Shown piece by piece: positions 1-9,591 of a stretch of 53,816 bases of DNA. The stretch is from the sequence record SRR22947727_230; one strand, written 5' to 3'. The translations under genes and the position numbers were made by a program. Below the pieces are notes generated by a model, which was not told the DNA's origin, searched no databases, and saw only the letters and a list, made by a program, of their open reading frames with translations. How positions within the stretch are numbered: the stretch's first letter is position 1; every line of letters starts with the position of its first letter.

Positions 1-341
1 GTGGAATTTTCCTTTAAATCACTTAAACTTTCATTACAGAGTTTATCTATTACAAATTCATTATTATAGTTCCCCATGATAAGAGGAGAAAGTGTAAATT
101 TATCTTTATTTAAATATGGGTTATATTTTGGAATTCCATTTCCATTTCCAGTATTTAACTCATGATAAGATTGCAAGACTAATCTAACGAATGTACTTCC
201 AGAACTTGGGGATGAAACCAAAACCTTATATTCATTTAAACTTTCAAGAATTTGTTTTTTTTTAAAAATATAAAAAAAAATTTTTTTAATTAATTTTATA
301 AAAATAAAGGTTATTTTTAAGTTGCGAATAATAAATTTCAT
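1..341 (-). CDS. Sulfotransferase-domain-like protein (partial, runs off the left edge; not in ORF track)
   Basis: Manual translation from ATG at 341: MKFIIRNLK...YKVLVSSPSSGSTFVRLVLQSYHEL..., open to the window edge. SSPSSGSTFVR resembles the 5'-PSB loop (S-x-P-[KR]-S-G-[ST]-x-[WF]-[LV]-R). Confidence 0.55.
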   Translation of the reverse strand, partial: MKFIIRNLKITFIFIKLIKKIFFYIFKKKQILESLNEYKVLVSSPSSGSTFVRLVLQSYHELNTGNGNGIPKYNPYLNKDKFTLSPLIMGNYNNEFVIDKLCNESLSDLKENS

Positions 342-636
342 TTTGTTTGACTAAGTTAGTTTAATCAAAAAAAAGTTAATTAATCAGAAAGTCTAACAGA
401 AATATATAAATATTGTATAAAAAAAATTTTTCAAGCAAAAAAATATAAATAATATCCTTAAAATTATTCTTTTCCCAATCAGCATTTACCATCAGGTTTT
501 ATTGTTTCGGGAAAAACTAATAATTCTAGGTTATTCTTTGCTTATATTTGATACTTTTTCAATATTGGATTTGAGTTAAAAATTAATTAATTTTTAGACA
601 TGCTAAACGTAATGAAATATATATATTTTCAAATTT

Positions 637-1641
637 ATGAAAAATATTAAATCTTTATTAATAACAGGAGGTACAGGAAGTTTTGGTAGAAGATTTACTG
701 ACCACATTCTTAAAAAATATAAAAATATTAAGAGACTAGTAATCTTTAGTAGAGATGAGTTCAAGCAACATGAAATGATGCGCTCAATAAATCCTAAAGA
801 CATAGATAGACTCAGATTTTTTATTGGAGATATAAGAGATAAGGATAGGGTTAAAACAGCATTAGAAAATGTAGAATTAGTTATACATGCGGCAGCATTG
901 AAACAAGTTCCATCAACAGAAAAAAATCCATTTGAAGCAATTAAAACTAATGTAATTGGTGCTCAAAATTTAATAGAAAGTTGTCTTGAAAATAACGTAA
1001 AAAAAGTAATCGCTTTATCAACAGATAAAGCTGCAGCGCCAATAAATTTATATGGTGCAACTAAACTTTGTTCAGATAAATTATTTACTTCAGCAGGAGT
1101 TTATGCTGGAAAAAGAGATATAAAATTTTCTGTTGTAAGGTATGGAAATGTTATGGGGAGTAGAGGTTCTGTTTTACCAATTTTTTTGAGCATGAAAAAT
1201 AAAGATGTATTTCCAATTACACACGAACATATGACCCGATTTAATATTTCTTTAGAGGAAAGTGTTGAAGCTGTGGTTTGGGCTTTTAACAATATGCTTG
1301 GAGGTGAAATCTTTGTTCCAAAAATTAAAAGTTTTAGAGTTACTGATTTGGCTAGAGCAATAAACCCAAATTGCAATTTTAAAATTATAGGTATTAGACC
1401 TGGTGAAAAACTTCATGAGGAAATGATTACAAAAAGTGATTCTCTGAATTGTGTAGATTTTGGTAGGTATTATTCAATCGTTTCACCATTTTGCCAGCAT
1501 CCAATAGATAAATATTCCAAAATAAAAAAAGTTAAAAAAGTTCAAAAAGGATTTAATTTTACTAGTGAAACCAATGGAAAGTATTTAAGCATAAAAGAAC
1601 TTCAAAATATTATAAGAAATACGAAAAAAATTAATTTCTAA
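637..1641 (+). CDS. pseB: UDP-N-acetylglucosamine 4,6-dehydratase (inverting)
   Basis: TGGTGSFG, SRDEFKQ, HAAALKQVP, ALSTDKAAAPINLYGATKLCSDKLF, RYGNVMGSRGSV, GIRPGEKLHEEM motifs; 334 aa. Confidence 0.95.
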   Translation: MKNIKSLLITGGTGSFGRRFTDHILKKYKNIKRLVIFSRDEFKQHEMMRSINPKDIDRLRFFIGDIRDKDRVKTALENVELVIHAAALKQVPSTEKNPFEAIKTNVIGAQNLIESCLENNVKKVIALSTDKAAAPINLYGATKLCSDKLFTSAGVYAGKRDIKFSVVRYGNVMGSRGSVLPIFLSMKNKDVFPITHEHMTRFNISLEESVEAVVWAFNNMLGGEIFVPKIKSFRVTDLARAINPNCNFKIIGIRPGEKLHEEMITKSDSLNCVDFGRYYSIVSPFCQHPIDKYSKIKKVKKVQKGFNFTSETNGKYLSIKELQNIIRNTKKINF

Positions 1642-2686
1642 ATAATATTTTAGCTTCCTTGAGGTGAGCAATTTGAATTTCTAAAACTTTATTCCAGGTA
1701 TTAATACCTTTTAAATTTTGATTAAAAATTATTAAGATTCTCCTTAAAACCTCACTTGTTGAAAAATAAAAAAAATATGGAAATAAGATATTTATTTCAG
1801 GATAATTTTGGCTAACTTTTTTTCTAAATATTTCTACGTATTTTTTAGCAGTATCCAATTCTTTTATCTTATTTTCTGAAATAGTTTGTTTACAAATTTT
1901 TAGACAACAGAATGCTAGAGCAAAACCTGCATTCATTTGTTTACACGACTCAATGTCTAAAAAAGAAATAATTTTTTCTTTTTTAACCAATATATTGTGA
2001 GGATGTAAATCAAAATGAGCAAATTGATTAACTTTAACTAAATTAGTTTTTGTGGAATTAAGGAGATATGTGTCTTCAATTAATTTGAAGTTTTTATCAA
2101 TCAATTTTGCTAATTTTATCCCAAACATTGATTTCCAATTTTTTTTAACTCTTTTTATTTTTAATATGGTTTTTTTATTACTATAATCATAATATTTAAA
2201 TTTATCTTGTGATTTACTTTTTTTATGAATTTTTTTGAGAACTTTAAAGAACTTGCCTATCTCTAATGAAAGATTAGAGAATTCATTTTTATAACCAGAG
2301 TAGTGTTCCGCATCTATAAAATCGTATAAAGTACAATATTCCTTATCAATCTTAAATGCCTCATATCCATTTATTTTTATAATCTTAGGAACCAAAGATT
2401 TTTTTTTTAATAAATCTTGATTGAGTTTAATAATTGAATTTATATTTTGAGTGCTTAAATTTATTGACCATTTTTTTAAAAGGTAAATATGATTATTTAT
2501 TTTGATTTTAAAGTTTTGTGAGTTTGACTCTAAGCCTAATCTTTTTTTTACATAAATTAAATTTCCAAAATTATTCTTTTTAAAAAAAAATTTAATTTTT
2601 TGAATTTCTTTTTCTTCTATAAGATTTTTTTTGTTCCAAGAGATTTTTTTTTGAGAAAAAATATCTTTTTTAAAACAGTTTTTCAC
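1631..2686 (-). CDS. APH/choline-kinase-like phosphotransferase
   Basis: Brenner-type motif HFDLHPHNIL followed by FLDIE; GTG start overlaps the SDR stop. Confidence 0.75.
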   Translation of the reverse strand: MKNCFKKDIFSQKKISWNKKNLIEEKEIQKIKFFFKKNNFGNLIYVKKRLGLESNSQNFKIKINNHIYLLKKWSINLSTQNINSIIKLNQDLLKKKSLVPKIIKINGYEAFKIDKEYCTLYDFIDAEHYSGYKNEFSNLSLEIGKFFKVLKKIHKKSKSQDKFKYYDYSNKKTILKIKRVKKNWKSMFGIKLAKLIDKNFKLIEDTYLLNSTKTNLVKVNQFAHFDLHPHNILVKKEKIISFLDIESCKQMNAGFALAFCCLKICKQTISENKIKELDTAKKYVEIFRKKVSQNYPEINILFPYFFYFSTSEVLRRILIIFNQNLKGINTWNKVLEIQIAHLKEAKILFRN

Positions 2687-3474
2687 TAATAACCTCTAGT
2701 TAAACCACCGTCTACTGAAAGATTTACTCCGTTTATATAAGAGCCATGCTCTGAAGATAAAAACAAAATGACATTAGCGATTTCTTTTGGATCTGCAAAT
2801 CTTTTTGCTGGTATACTGTCTTGTGCAGATTCAATAACGGTTGAGTATTTTTTAGAAATTCTTTTACTTTTTTCTTTGAATAAATTTTTTAATCGATCCG
2901 TCAGAACTCCACCTGGGCTAATTATATTTGAAGTAATATTAAATTTTGCAAATTCTAGACACACAGCCTTATTAAATGCTGATAGCCCCCCCCTTGATGT
3001 TGCAGAAAGTATCATTTCTGGTGAAGGTTCTTTAGTTACTGTTGAAGTAATGGTGATAATTCTTCCCCATTGTTTTTTTTTCATATCCTTTAATGCTGAC
3101 TTAGTAAACCTTACTACGCTGAGCATGTTAGTTTGAATTGTTTTTTGCCACTCATTTTCATCATGTTCAAATAAGGTTCCCATTGGGGGCCCACCGGCGT
3201 TATTAATTAATATATCAATACTTCCAAATTTTTTCTTACAATCTTTAAAAACTTTACTATGTGTTTTAGCATTCGAAACATCTCCACTTAAATAACTAGC
3301 AATGCCACCTTGTTTAATAATCTTACCAACTGCAATTTTAAGCATCGCCTTATTTCTTGAGACTAAAAAAACTTTAGCACCTTGATTTGAAAAAGCTTGA
3401 GCCACCTCAAAACCTATACCTTTGCTGGCTCCAGTTATTAGAACTACTTTGTTTCTTAAATTAAGATTTAACAT
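2686..3474 (-). CDS. SDR-family oxidoreductase (FabG-like)
   Basis: TGASKGIG, DILINNAGGP, ISPGGVLTDR, YINGVNLSVDGG; catalytic Tyr region reads LSATSR (atypical SDR subgroup). Confidence 0.9.
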   Translation of the reverse strand: MLNLNLRNKVVLITGASKGIGFEVAQAFSNQGAKVFLVSRNKAMLKIAVGKIIKQGGIASYLSGDVSNAKTHSKVFKDCKKKFGSIDILINNAGGPPMGTLFEHDENEWQKTIQTNMLSVVRFTKSALKDMKKKQWGRIITITSTVTKEPSPEMILSATSRGGLSAFNKAVCLEFAKFNITSNIISPGGVLTDRLKNLFKEKSKRISKKYSTVIESAQDSIPAKRFADPKEIANVILFLSSEHGSYINGVNLSVDGGLTRGY

Positions 3475-3493
3475 TATTTAAAAGCTTATAGCA

Positions 3494-4150
3494 TTATTTT
3501 TGTTTAGAAAATTCAATTAAATTCTTAAAATGTAGGTATAAACTTTTAAGGTTTCCTTTAATTAATGGCATTAAAAAATCTTCTATTTCTTTTAGATATC
3601 TTTTTTTTACCCTTAAATTTCTATTCATTTTTAACAAATAAAGATTGTCAAGTTTATCTAATATCTTTGTAATTATTACATTTTTATTTGCTTTTTCAAT
3701 ATTTTCATAATAATTTTTTTTATAGTTTTTTTTAAATTCATTTGCTCTATTTACAGTGAGTATGTTTAATTGTGTTGTTATTTTTTTTCCAAAAATTTTA
3801 CTTATTATCGATGGATCAATGTCTGTAGTTTCAAAAATATTATGTAATAGACATAAAGTCATTAATTCGCTTGATAGTTTTTGTCTGATTTTTGTTGATA
3901 GTAGGCAAACTCTAAGTGGATGATAAAAATATATATGACTGTCTAGCCCAGGATGATTGTATTTCAAATTTTTTGAAAAGTTATAAGCTAGGCTCACATA
4001 CTTAAAATCTTTATTTTTTTCTATCTTTTGAAAAATTGCTTTCCAATCTTTATCAGCCTTCTTATCATTATTATTTCGTAACCAATTTTTTCGTCTTTTT
4101 ATTTCTTTGTTAAAAAAACTAACACTATTAGGAAAAATATTATTTTTCAT
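3494..4150 (-). CDS. HD-domain protein, RelA/SpoT hydrolase (Mesh1)-like, with HD changed to HN
   Basis: YFYHPLRV, LCLLHNIFETTD (cf. AALLHDvvEDT), FGKKIT..LT, TKILDKLDNL (cf. KLADKLxN). Confidence 0.7.
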   Translation of the reverse strand: MKNNIFPNSVSFFNKEIKRRKNWLRNNNDKKADKDWKAIFQKIEKNKDFKYVSLAYNFSKNLKYNHPGLDSHIYFYHPLRVCLLSTKIRQKLSSELMTLCLLHNIFETTDIDPSIISKIFGKKITTQLNILTVNRANEFKKNYKKNYYENIEKANKNVIITKILDKLDNLYLLKMNRNLRVKKRYLKEIEDFLMPLIKGNLKSLYLHFKNLIEFSKQK

Positions 4151-4152
4151 AA

Positions 4153-5451
4153 TTATTTTAAAATTTTATTTTCTTTTAAAATTTTTATTTCTTTTATTAG
4201 ATCTTTTAATGGAATATTCGTTATTTTTGAAATTTCAAAAATATTTTTCCTCCCATCAGAATATGTGATCACATTACATCTATTAATAAATTCCTGTTTG
4301 CTGAAACTACCTTTCTTCTTGGTACCTTTTTGACTTGTAGTGGGGTAAAGATTATATTTACTTAATTGTGGTTCACATTTTATTTTTGTAATTGGATTTA
4401 ATTCCAATTCAAAGGCATCAACTATAGAAATTAAAATATTCAAACTATTTTGTAAACTTTTTTCTGAAACGATATCTAAATTATCCGCACTAGTATGGTA
4501 CTCTTTGTATTCACCAAATTTACTTCTACTAAAGCCACAAACAGGTAGATCTATGCCAGGCGCACAATATTGTCTTTCATCTGAACCACGATGAAGAAAA
4601 GAGTATCTTTTTTTATTTTTTTTTCCAAGCAATGCTACTTCTAGAGCTTGATCTGCCAAGTTGTTACCATTTCTTGACTCAACATGACTATAACACCTGT
4701 CATCGCCCACACATGACAAATTAAAACCAGCTATCATATTTTTTTTTAGACTTAATAAATTTTTTGAAAGATATGCTATTGAGCCAATTGTTTCAGGAAT
4801 AAAAATAAATCTATAGGTAAATTTAGTTTTTTTATAATTTTCACTTATGTATTTAATTAATGCAGATTGTACAATTACAGCCGAAAGATTATCATTTGCC
4901 ATAGAAGGGTGACAAAAGTAAGTTGAAAAAAAAACTTCTTTATTTTTTTTCCCTTTAATAAGAGTTTCTGCAATTTTTAAATTTCCATTTTTATGACTTG
5001 AATTAATATAAACTTTATATTTTTTATCTTTAATTTTCTTTTTTAAATTTTCTGATATACAAAAACCCCAATTTTTTTTATAGTAGCTAGTAACATATGG
5101 TATCCATCTAGGTTGATCAGGTTGAGTAAAAATATGTTTTAATAATTCTTGTTTTGAAACTATCTTATTTATTGGAGTAGAATATCCAACAACATGTAAA
5201 TTGTTATTCTTAAAATTTATAATTTTTTTACCTTTAATTTTTTTAATGTATCCATCTTTAATATTCCAAACCTTTGGTACCGTCCAATCAAAAACTTTTT
5301 TTCCACTTTTAAATTTTATAATCTTAAATTTTATACCAATGACATTTTTTAAATAATTAAGAGTTTCATTAATACCACTTCCAGTTAAAGATCTACATAC
5401 AGGAAAAAGATCTTTCATCCACTTATACATTTGTTTTCCGAAATTTGACAT
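4153..5451 (-). CDS. DUF4910 / M28 aminopeptidase-like polysaccharide biosynthesis protein
   Basis: LFPVCRSLTGSG, VFDWTVP..WN, PYVTSYY..WGFC, STYFCHPSMANDNLS, PETIGSI, RGSDERQYC.PG, YHTSADN. ATG at 5451 preferred over the track's 5481. Confidence 0.9.
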   Translation of the reverse strand: MSNFGKQMYKWMKDLFPVCRSLTGSGINETLNYLKNVIGIKFKIIKFKSGKKVFDWTVPKVWNIKDGYIKKIKGKKIINFKNNNLHVVGYSTPINKIVSKQELLKHIFTQPDQPRWIPYVTSYYKKNWGFCISENLKKKIKDKKYKVYINSSHKNGNLKIAETLIKGKKNKEVFFSTYFCHPSMANDNLSAVIVQSALIKYISENYKKTKFTYRFIFIPETIGSIAYLSKNLLSLKKNMIAGFNLSCVGDDRCYSHVESRNGNNLADQALEVALLGKKNKKRYSFLHRGSDERQYCAPGIDLPVCGFSRSKFGEYKEYHTSADNLDIVSEKSLQNSLNILISIVDAFELELNPITKIKCEPQLSKYNLYPTTSQKGTKKKGSFSKQEFINRCNVITYSDGRKNIFEISKITNIPLKDLIKEIKILKENKILK

Positions 5452-5453
5452 TT

Positions 5454-7397
5454 TTACTTTCTTTGAACCGAGTTTATCCAAGTCAATGTTTCTGCTTTGA
5501 AAAAATTATTTAATTTTGTTGTATCATCGTGTTCTTTTACAGAAAAATATAATCTAAAAAAATTTTTGTTTTTAATTTTTTTAAATGATACCATTCCCAC
5601 TTGTGTATCAAAATTTCTATCAATATTTATACAAATATTTTTTGATTTATCACCTAAATAAGCAACATTTTCAGTAACTCCGATAGCTTGATTTGCGCTT
5701 ATTAAGTGTGAAACTGACTGTCCATGATCAAAATTCATCTTACCAACAGAAAACTTTTCAGTTTTATTTCCCCCGTTATTTGTCTCGTAATAAAGAGAAT
5801 TTTTAAATATTTTTGGATTTAAAGTTATATGATTTAATCTAATTGACCCATTGATATTCTTCTTGAGCTTAATCTCATATTTTATTCCAATTTTATCATT
5901 TTTATCATCAAAAATAATCTTTTTATATATTGTTCCTAATTTATTATTGAATTTACAATTTATAATTATTCCATTTAAATAATTTTCCACTTTAAAATTG
6001 GTTTTATTTAAGTCAGTAATTTTATGTTCACCCAAGGGTTCAATTACTAGATGTCCAGAATAGAAATCAACACCATAACTTATGTCTTCATAGTAGCCAT
6101 GTGGAACAAATCCAAAAAGAAAATCCTTTGAAATTTTATAATCATAAAACTTTTCAATAGAACATCCTTTTTTAGTATTTAATATCAACTCAATATTTTT
6201 TCCACGAATAGTAATTCTATCTTTATCATTTTTAATAAATATATTTTTATACTTATTTTTTAAAGGTTTAAATACAGATGGAAGAACTTTTAAATTTATT
6301 TTTTTTAAAAAACTATTTACTCTTTTTGTGTATTTTTTCCATCTTTTTAATGTAATATGTGTTCTTATATCACTGCTCCATAGATAACATAGTTCTTTCC
6401 AATACTTAGGATCTTTAATCTTATTGTTTTCAAAGTGATTAAAAATATTCCAGCAAGTCGAATTAATTTTATTATCATTCCTACCTGTTGTTGCCCATCT
6501 TAATATATTATATTTTGATTGTTTTTTTGTAATACAGGGAAATGATGGATTAGCAAACTCTAAAGTATTGTGGCTATATTTATTTTTTTGTGTTTTTATA
6601 ACATTTGAGGGCTGGATAAATTTGTAATCATTATCAATTAATTTACTTAATAAAACTTCTATACGAGACCATTCATTTGTGTTTATTTTAGACTCAGTCT
6701 TAAATCTTTTTGGTCTATAATTTATTATTTCTAAATCACTAGCATAGATACATACATTATATTCTTTAAAATTTTGTTTTTTTGAATTTATAAATTTTAG
6801 ATATTCATTGATTTCAATTTCACCATGGACATATCTTTGAAATTTTTGAAAAAAGATTGAGCTTGACCAAATTATATTCATCTTTTTTTTTTTAGCTGTT
6901 AAAATTTTTTGAGGAAAAAAAAAATATTTATCTTTAATTTTTTTATTAGATTTGAAACAATTGTCCCAATCCATAATAATGGTCTCATAATCATTCTTTA
7001 GGTAATTATCTAGAATTCCAGTTGAAAATGCTTGCTCATTTATTAAAGCTGATCTAGGGTTAATATTTAATAATTTAGAATATAAACTATTTCCTATTTT
7101 AAGATTATTTTGATTAACTTTTGATGGTATCAATGGTCCTATCAGTTGTGAATACCCGCTGCCAATAAATTCACAGTATTTATTCCTTATAAGAAATCTC
7201 AATTTTTTTATAAATTCAGGATCTATTTTTTTTATTTCCTCTAGACTATAACCAGTTGCTTCTAAGCCTACTGGAATCTTTAATTTTTCTATAAGTTTTA
7301 AAAGTGGCCAATAACATCGTTTTATAACATTTTTTCTTTCACTTTCTTCAATCGAAGAAAAGCAAAGGTTAAGGTGAAAAAGTATAAAAAATCTCAA
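5454..7397 (-). CDS. Glycoside hydrolase family 57-like protein
   Basis: N-terminal FHLNL.FSSI, CYWPLL, GSGYSQLIGPLIP, INEQAFS, ASDLE; 647 aa; TTG start. Confidence 0.75.
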   Translation of the reverse strand: MRFFILFHLNLCFSSIEESERKNVIKRCYWPLLKLIEKLKIPVGLEATGYSLEEIKKIDPEFIKKLRFLIRNKYCEFIGSGYSQLIGPLIPSKVNQNNLKIGNSLYSKLLNINPRSALINEQAFSTGILDNYLKNDYETIIMDWDNCFKSNKKIKDKYFFFPQKILTAKKKKMNIIWSSSIFFQKFQRYVHGEIEINEYLKFINSKKQNFKEYNVCIYASDLEIINYRPKRFKTESKINTNEWSRIEVLLSKLIDNDYKFIQPSNVIKTQKNKYSHNTLEFANPSFPCITKKQSKYNILRWATTGRNDNKINSTCWNIFNHFENNKIKDPKYWKELCYLWSSDIRTHITLKRWKKYTKRVNSFLKKINLKVLPSVFKPLKNKYKNIFIKNDKDRITIRGKNIELILNTKKGCSIEKFYDYKISKDFLFGFVPHGYYEDISYGVDFYSGHLVIEPLGEHKITDLNKTNFKVENYLNGIIINCKFNNKLGTIYKKIIFDDKNDKIGIKYEIKLKKNINGSIRLNHITLNPKIFKNSLYYETNNGGNKTEKFSVGKMNFDHGQSVSHLISANQAIGVTENVAYLGDKSKNICINIDRNFDTQVGMVSFKKIKNKNFFRLYFSVKEHDDTTKLNNFFKAETLTWINSVQRK

Positions 7398-7401
7398 ATT
7401 T

Positions 7402-7527
7402 TTAAATTTTTATAGTTAAACTTACAAAATTCTTAGTATCAATTAAAGCTTTTTTTGCAGATATAGTTCTTTTTTTAAATTCGATTTTTATTGGGGATAC
7501 ATTCAGCAATTTTAATTTTTTTTTCAT
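7402..7527 (-). CDS. Small 41-aa ORF, possibly a remnant of a deleted gene
   Basis: MKKKLKLLNVSPIKIEFKKRTISAKKALIDTKNFVSLTIKI* fills the gap between the ATP-grasp stop (7533) and GH57 start (7397), co-oriented. Confidence 0.3.
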   Translation of the reverse strand: MKKKLKLLNVSPIKIEFKKRTISAKKALIDTKNFVSLTIKI

Positions 7528-7532
7528 AGATT

Positions 7533-8744
7533 CTACTTAGAGATTATTTTTATATTTTTAACAATCTTTTTAGCTTCTCTAGCTGATTTATTTTCAGTTT
7601 TTCCAAAACTTAATACGGTTCCTAGTCTACCAGGGTGATTTGTGATTTTTTTTTGTAAGAAGGGTGTTTTTTTAAATAAGATAATTTTATTATTTATCTT
7701 ATCAATTTTTGGAGACATAACCTTAGAGATATAGCCTTCTTTTGGAAAAATATATTTTTGGGTCACAACGATATTTTTAGGCTTAACCTGCTTTATTTTT
7801 TTATTTTTGATATTCATAGCCTCATTTAGTGCAAAGTTGACTATATTGAAATTATAAACTTTAGGTATAATATGAGAAGCAAAATAACCTCCACTTAATC
7901 TTGCAGCAATTTCAATTATAAATGGTTTATTTTTATAAATCACAACATCGCCTTTTACAGTTCCAAAATTTAGATTTATCGCTTCTGAGGCTTTACTTAT
8001 TAAGACATCAATTTCATTCTTAAGTTTGAATGATAAAATTGCAGGTGTAGTTCCGCCATCTTCTACAAAATTAGGTAAAGTTTTTTTTAAATTTTTATAA
8101 TCTCTTAACGCATATCCAATTGCAATATAATTCCCATTTTGAAAAATTCCTTCAGTACTTATCTGTTTTCCTGGTAAATATTTTTCTAAAATAATTTTTT
8201 TTTTTTTACTAAATTTTAGTGATGTGTTTAAATACTTTTTAATATCACTATTATTTTCTATAAAGAAAACACCACGAGATCCTCTACTATCAACTGGTTT
8301 CATTACAAGTGGAAATTTTATTCTTTTATTTAAAATATTTTTTTTAATATTTGTAAAATTTTTTCCTATAATAAATTGAGATGTAGCAATTTTTTTAATT
8401 ATAAAATTTTTTTTCATTAAATCTTTCGAGGATGCAAGTTTTCCAGCCTCAAATGATATAGATGGCAAATTAAAATGATTAGCAATTTTATAGATTTGAA
8501 AAGGAACATCAGCTCCTAGAGTAGTAACACCATTTATTTTTAAATTTAGTTTCTTTAATTTATTGATGATTTTATTCGGACTATATATGCTCTCAAAAAT
8601 TTTATAATCTGCAAAGCTAAAACATGGTGCAAGTTTATTAATGTCAACAGCAATTATTTTAAATTTTTTTAATTTTGCTAATTTATAAATTTCTTTTTGC
8701 TCTAAACCGGCACCTAAAATTAAAACAGTTTTTTTTTTTAACAT
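7533..8744 (-). CDS. ATP-grasp domain ligase
   Basis: LILGAGLEQ, FPLVMKPVDSRGSRGV, EKYLPG..ISTE, KGD, IEIAARLSGG. Confidence 0.9.
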   Translation of the reverse strand: MLKKKTVLILGAGLEQKEIYKLAKLKKFKIIAVDINKLAPCFSFADYKIFESIYSPNKIINKLKKLNLKINGVTTLGADVPFQIYKIANHFNLPSISFEAGKLASSKDLMKKNFIIKKIATSQFIIGKNFTNIKKNILNKRIKFPLVMKPVDSRGSRGVFFIENNSDIKKYLNTSLKFSKKKKIILEKYLPGKQISTEGIFQNGNYIAIGYALRDYKNLKKTLPNFVEDGGTTPAILSFKLKNEIDVLISKASEAINLNFGTVKGDVVIYKNKPFIIEIAARLSGGYFASHIIPKVYNFNIVNFALNEAMNIKNKKIKQVKPKNIVVTQKYIFPKEGYISKVMSPKIDKINNKIILFKKTPFLQKKITNHPGRLGTVLSFGKTENKSAREAKKIVKNIKIISK

Positions 8745-8775
8745 TTTAAGTATAAGATATAATTTAAAAACTTTT

Positions 8776-9591
8776 ATGAATAAAAATAATACACAAATTA
8801 TAGCTGAAATTGGTTGGAATCATATGGGTAAAACCTCATTGGCAAAAAAAATGATTTTAGAAGCAAAAAAAAATGGTGCTGATATTTGTAAATTTCAAAC
8901 ATGGTCTGAAAAACGATTAAAAAAAGGTTTGTGGGACTCAGATGGAAGAAGATCTATTTACAAAAAAGCCCAATTAACAATAAAAAAACATAAAGAATTA
9001 ATTCATTTTTGCAAAAAATATAAAATTGAATTTCTTACTTCTGTTTTTACCATGGAAGATGCTAAAGAAATGAAAAAACTTGGTTTAAAAAAAATAAAAA
9101 TTCCAAGTCATGAAGTTTATAATTTAGATTTAATCAATTTTGCACTTAAAAATTTTAGTGAAGTGTTATTATCTGCTGGCGCATGTACCAAAAGAGAATT
9201 TTTAAACATTGTAAAAAAATATAAAAATAAGAAAAATTTAATAGTTATGCACTGCGTTTCTTCATATCCCTTGAAAGCTGAGAATGTAAATTTCCCAAAA
9301 TTATATGAAATAAAAAAAACTTTTAAAAATTTTGGTTATAGTGGCCATTATTCTTCAATTGAAGATTGTTATGTTCCAATTATCCTTGGTGCAAAATATG
9401 TTGAAAAACACTTTACAATAAATAAAAATAACCCAGGCAGAGACAATAAGTTTGCTATACTTCCAAGAGAACTTAAAGATCTAGATAATTTTAGAAAGTC
9501 ATTTAATTTAATGAATATTAATAAAGGTTTAGACTTGCAGAAATGTGAAAAAGATATTGTTTTAAAATACAGAGGTAGATGGAATGGTTAA
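8776..9591 (+). CDS. NeuB/SpsE-family nonulosonate synthase, short form without SAF domain
   Basis: IIAEIGWNHMG, GADICKFQ, MHCVSSYP, GYSGH, EKHFT, GRDNKFA; 271 aa. Confidence 0.9.
   Translation: MNKNNTQIIAEIGWNHMGKTSLAKKMILEAKKNGADICKFQTWSEKRLKKGLWDSDGRRSIYKKAQLTIKKHKELIHFCKKYKIEFLTSVFTMEDAKEMKKLGLKKIKIPSHEVYNLDLINFALKNFSEVLLSAGACTKREFLNIVKKYKNKKNLIVMHCVSSYPLKAENVNFPKLYEIKKTFKNFGYSGHYSSIEDCYVPIILGAKYVEKHFTINKNNPGRDNKFAILPRELKDLDNFRKSFNLMNINKGLDLQKCEKDIVLKYRGRWNG

Noticed and set aside
460-585. Minus-strand stretch reading NPILKKYQI*AKNNLELLVFPETIKPDGKC*LGKE*, a possible gene-end remnant
   Set aside because: Looks coding-like but matches no protein in the window that I can recognise; cannot be supported without a search.
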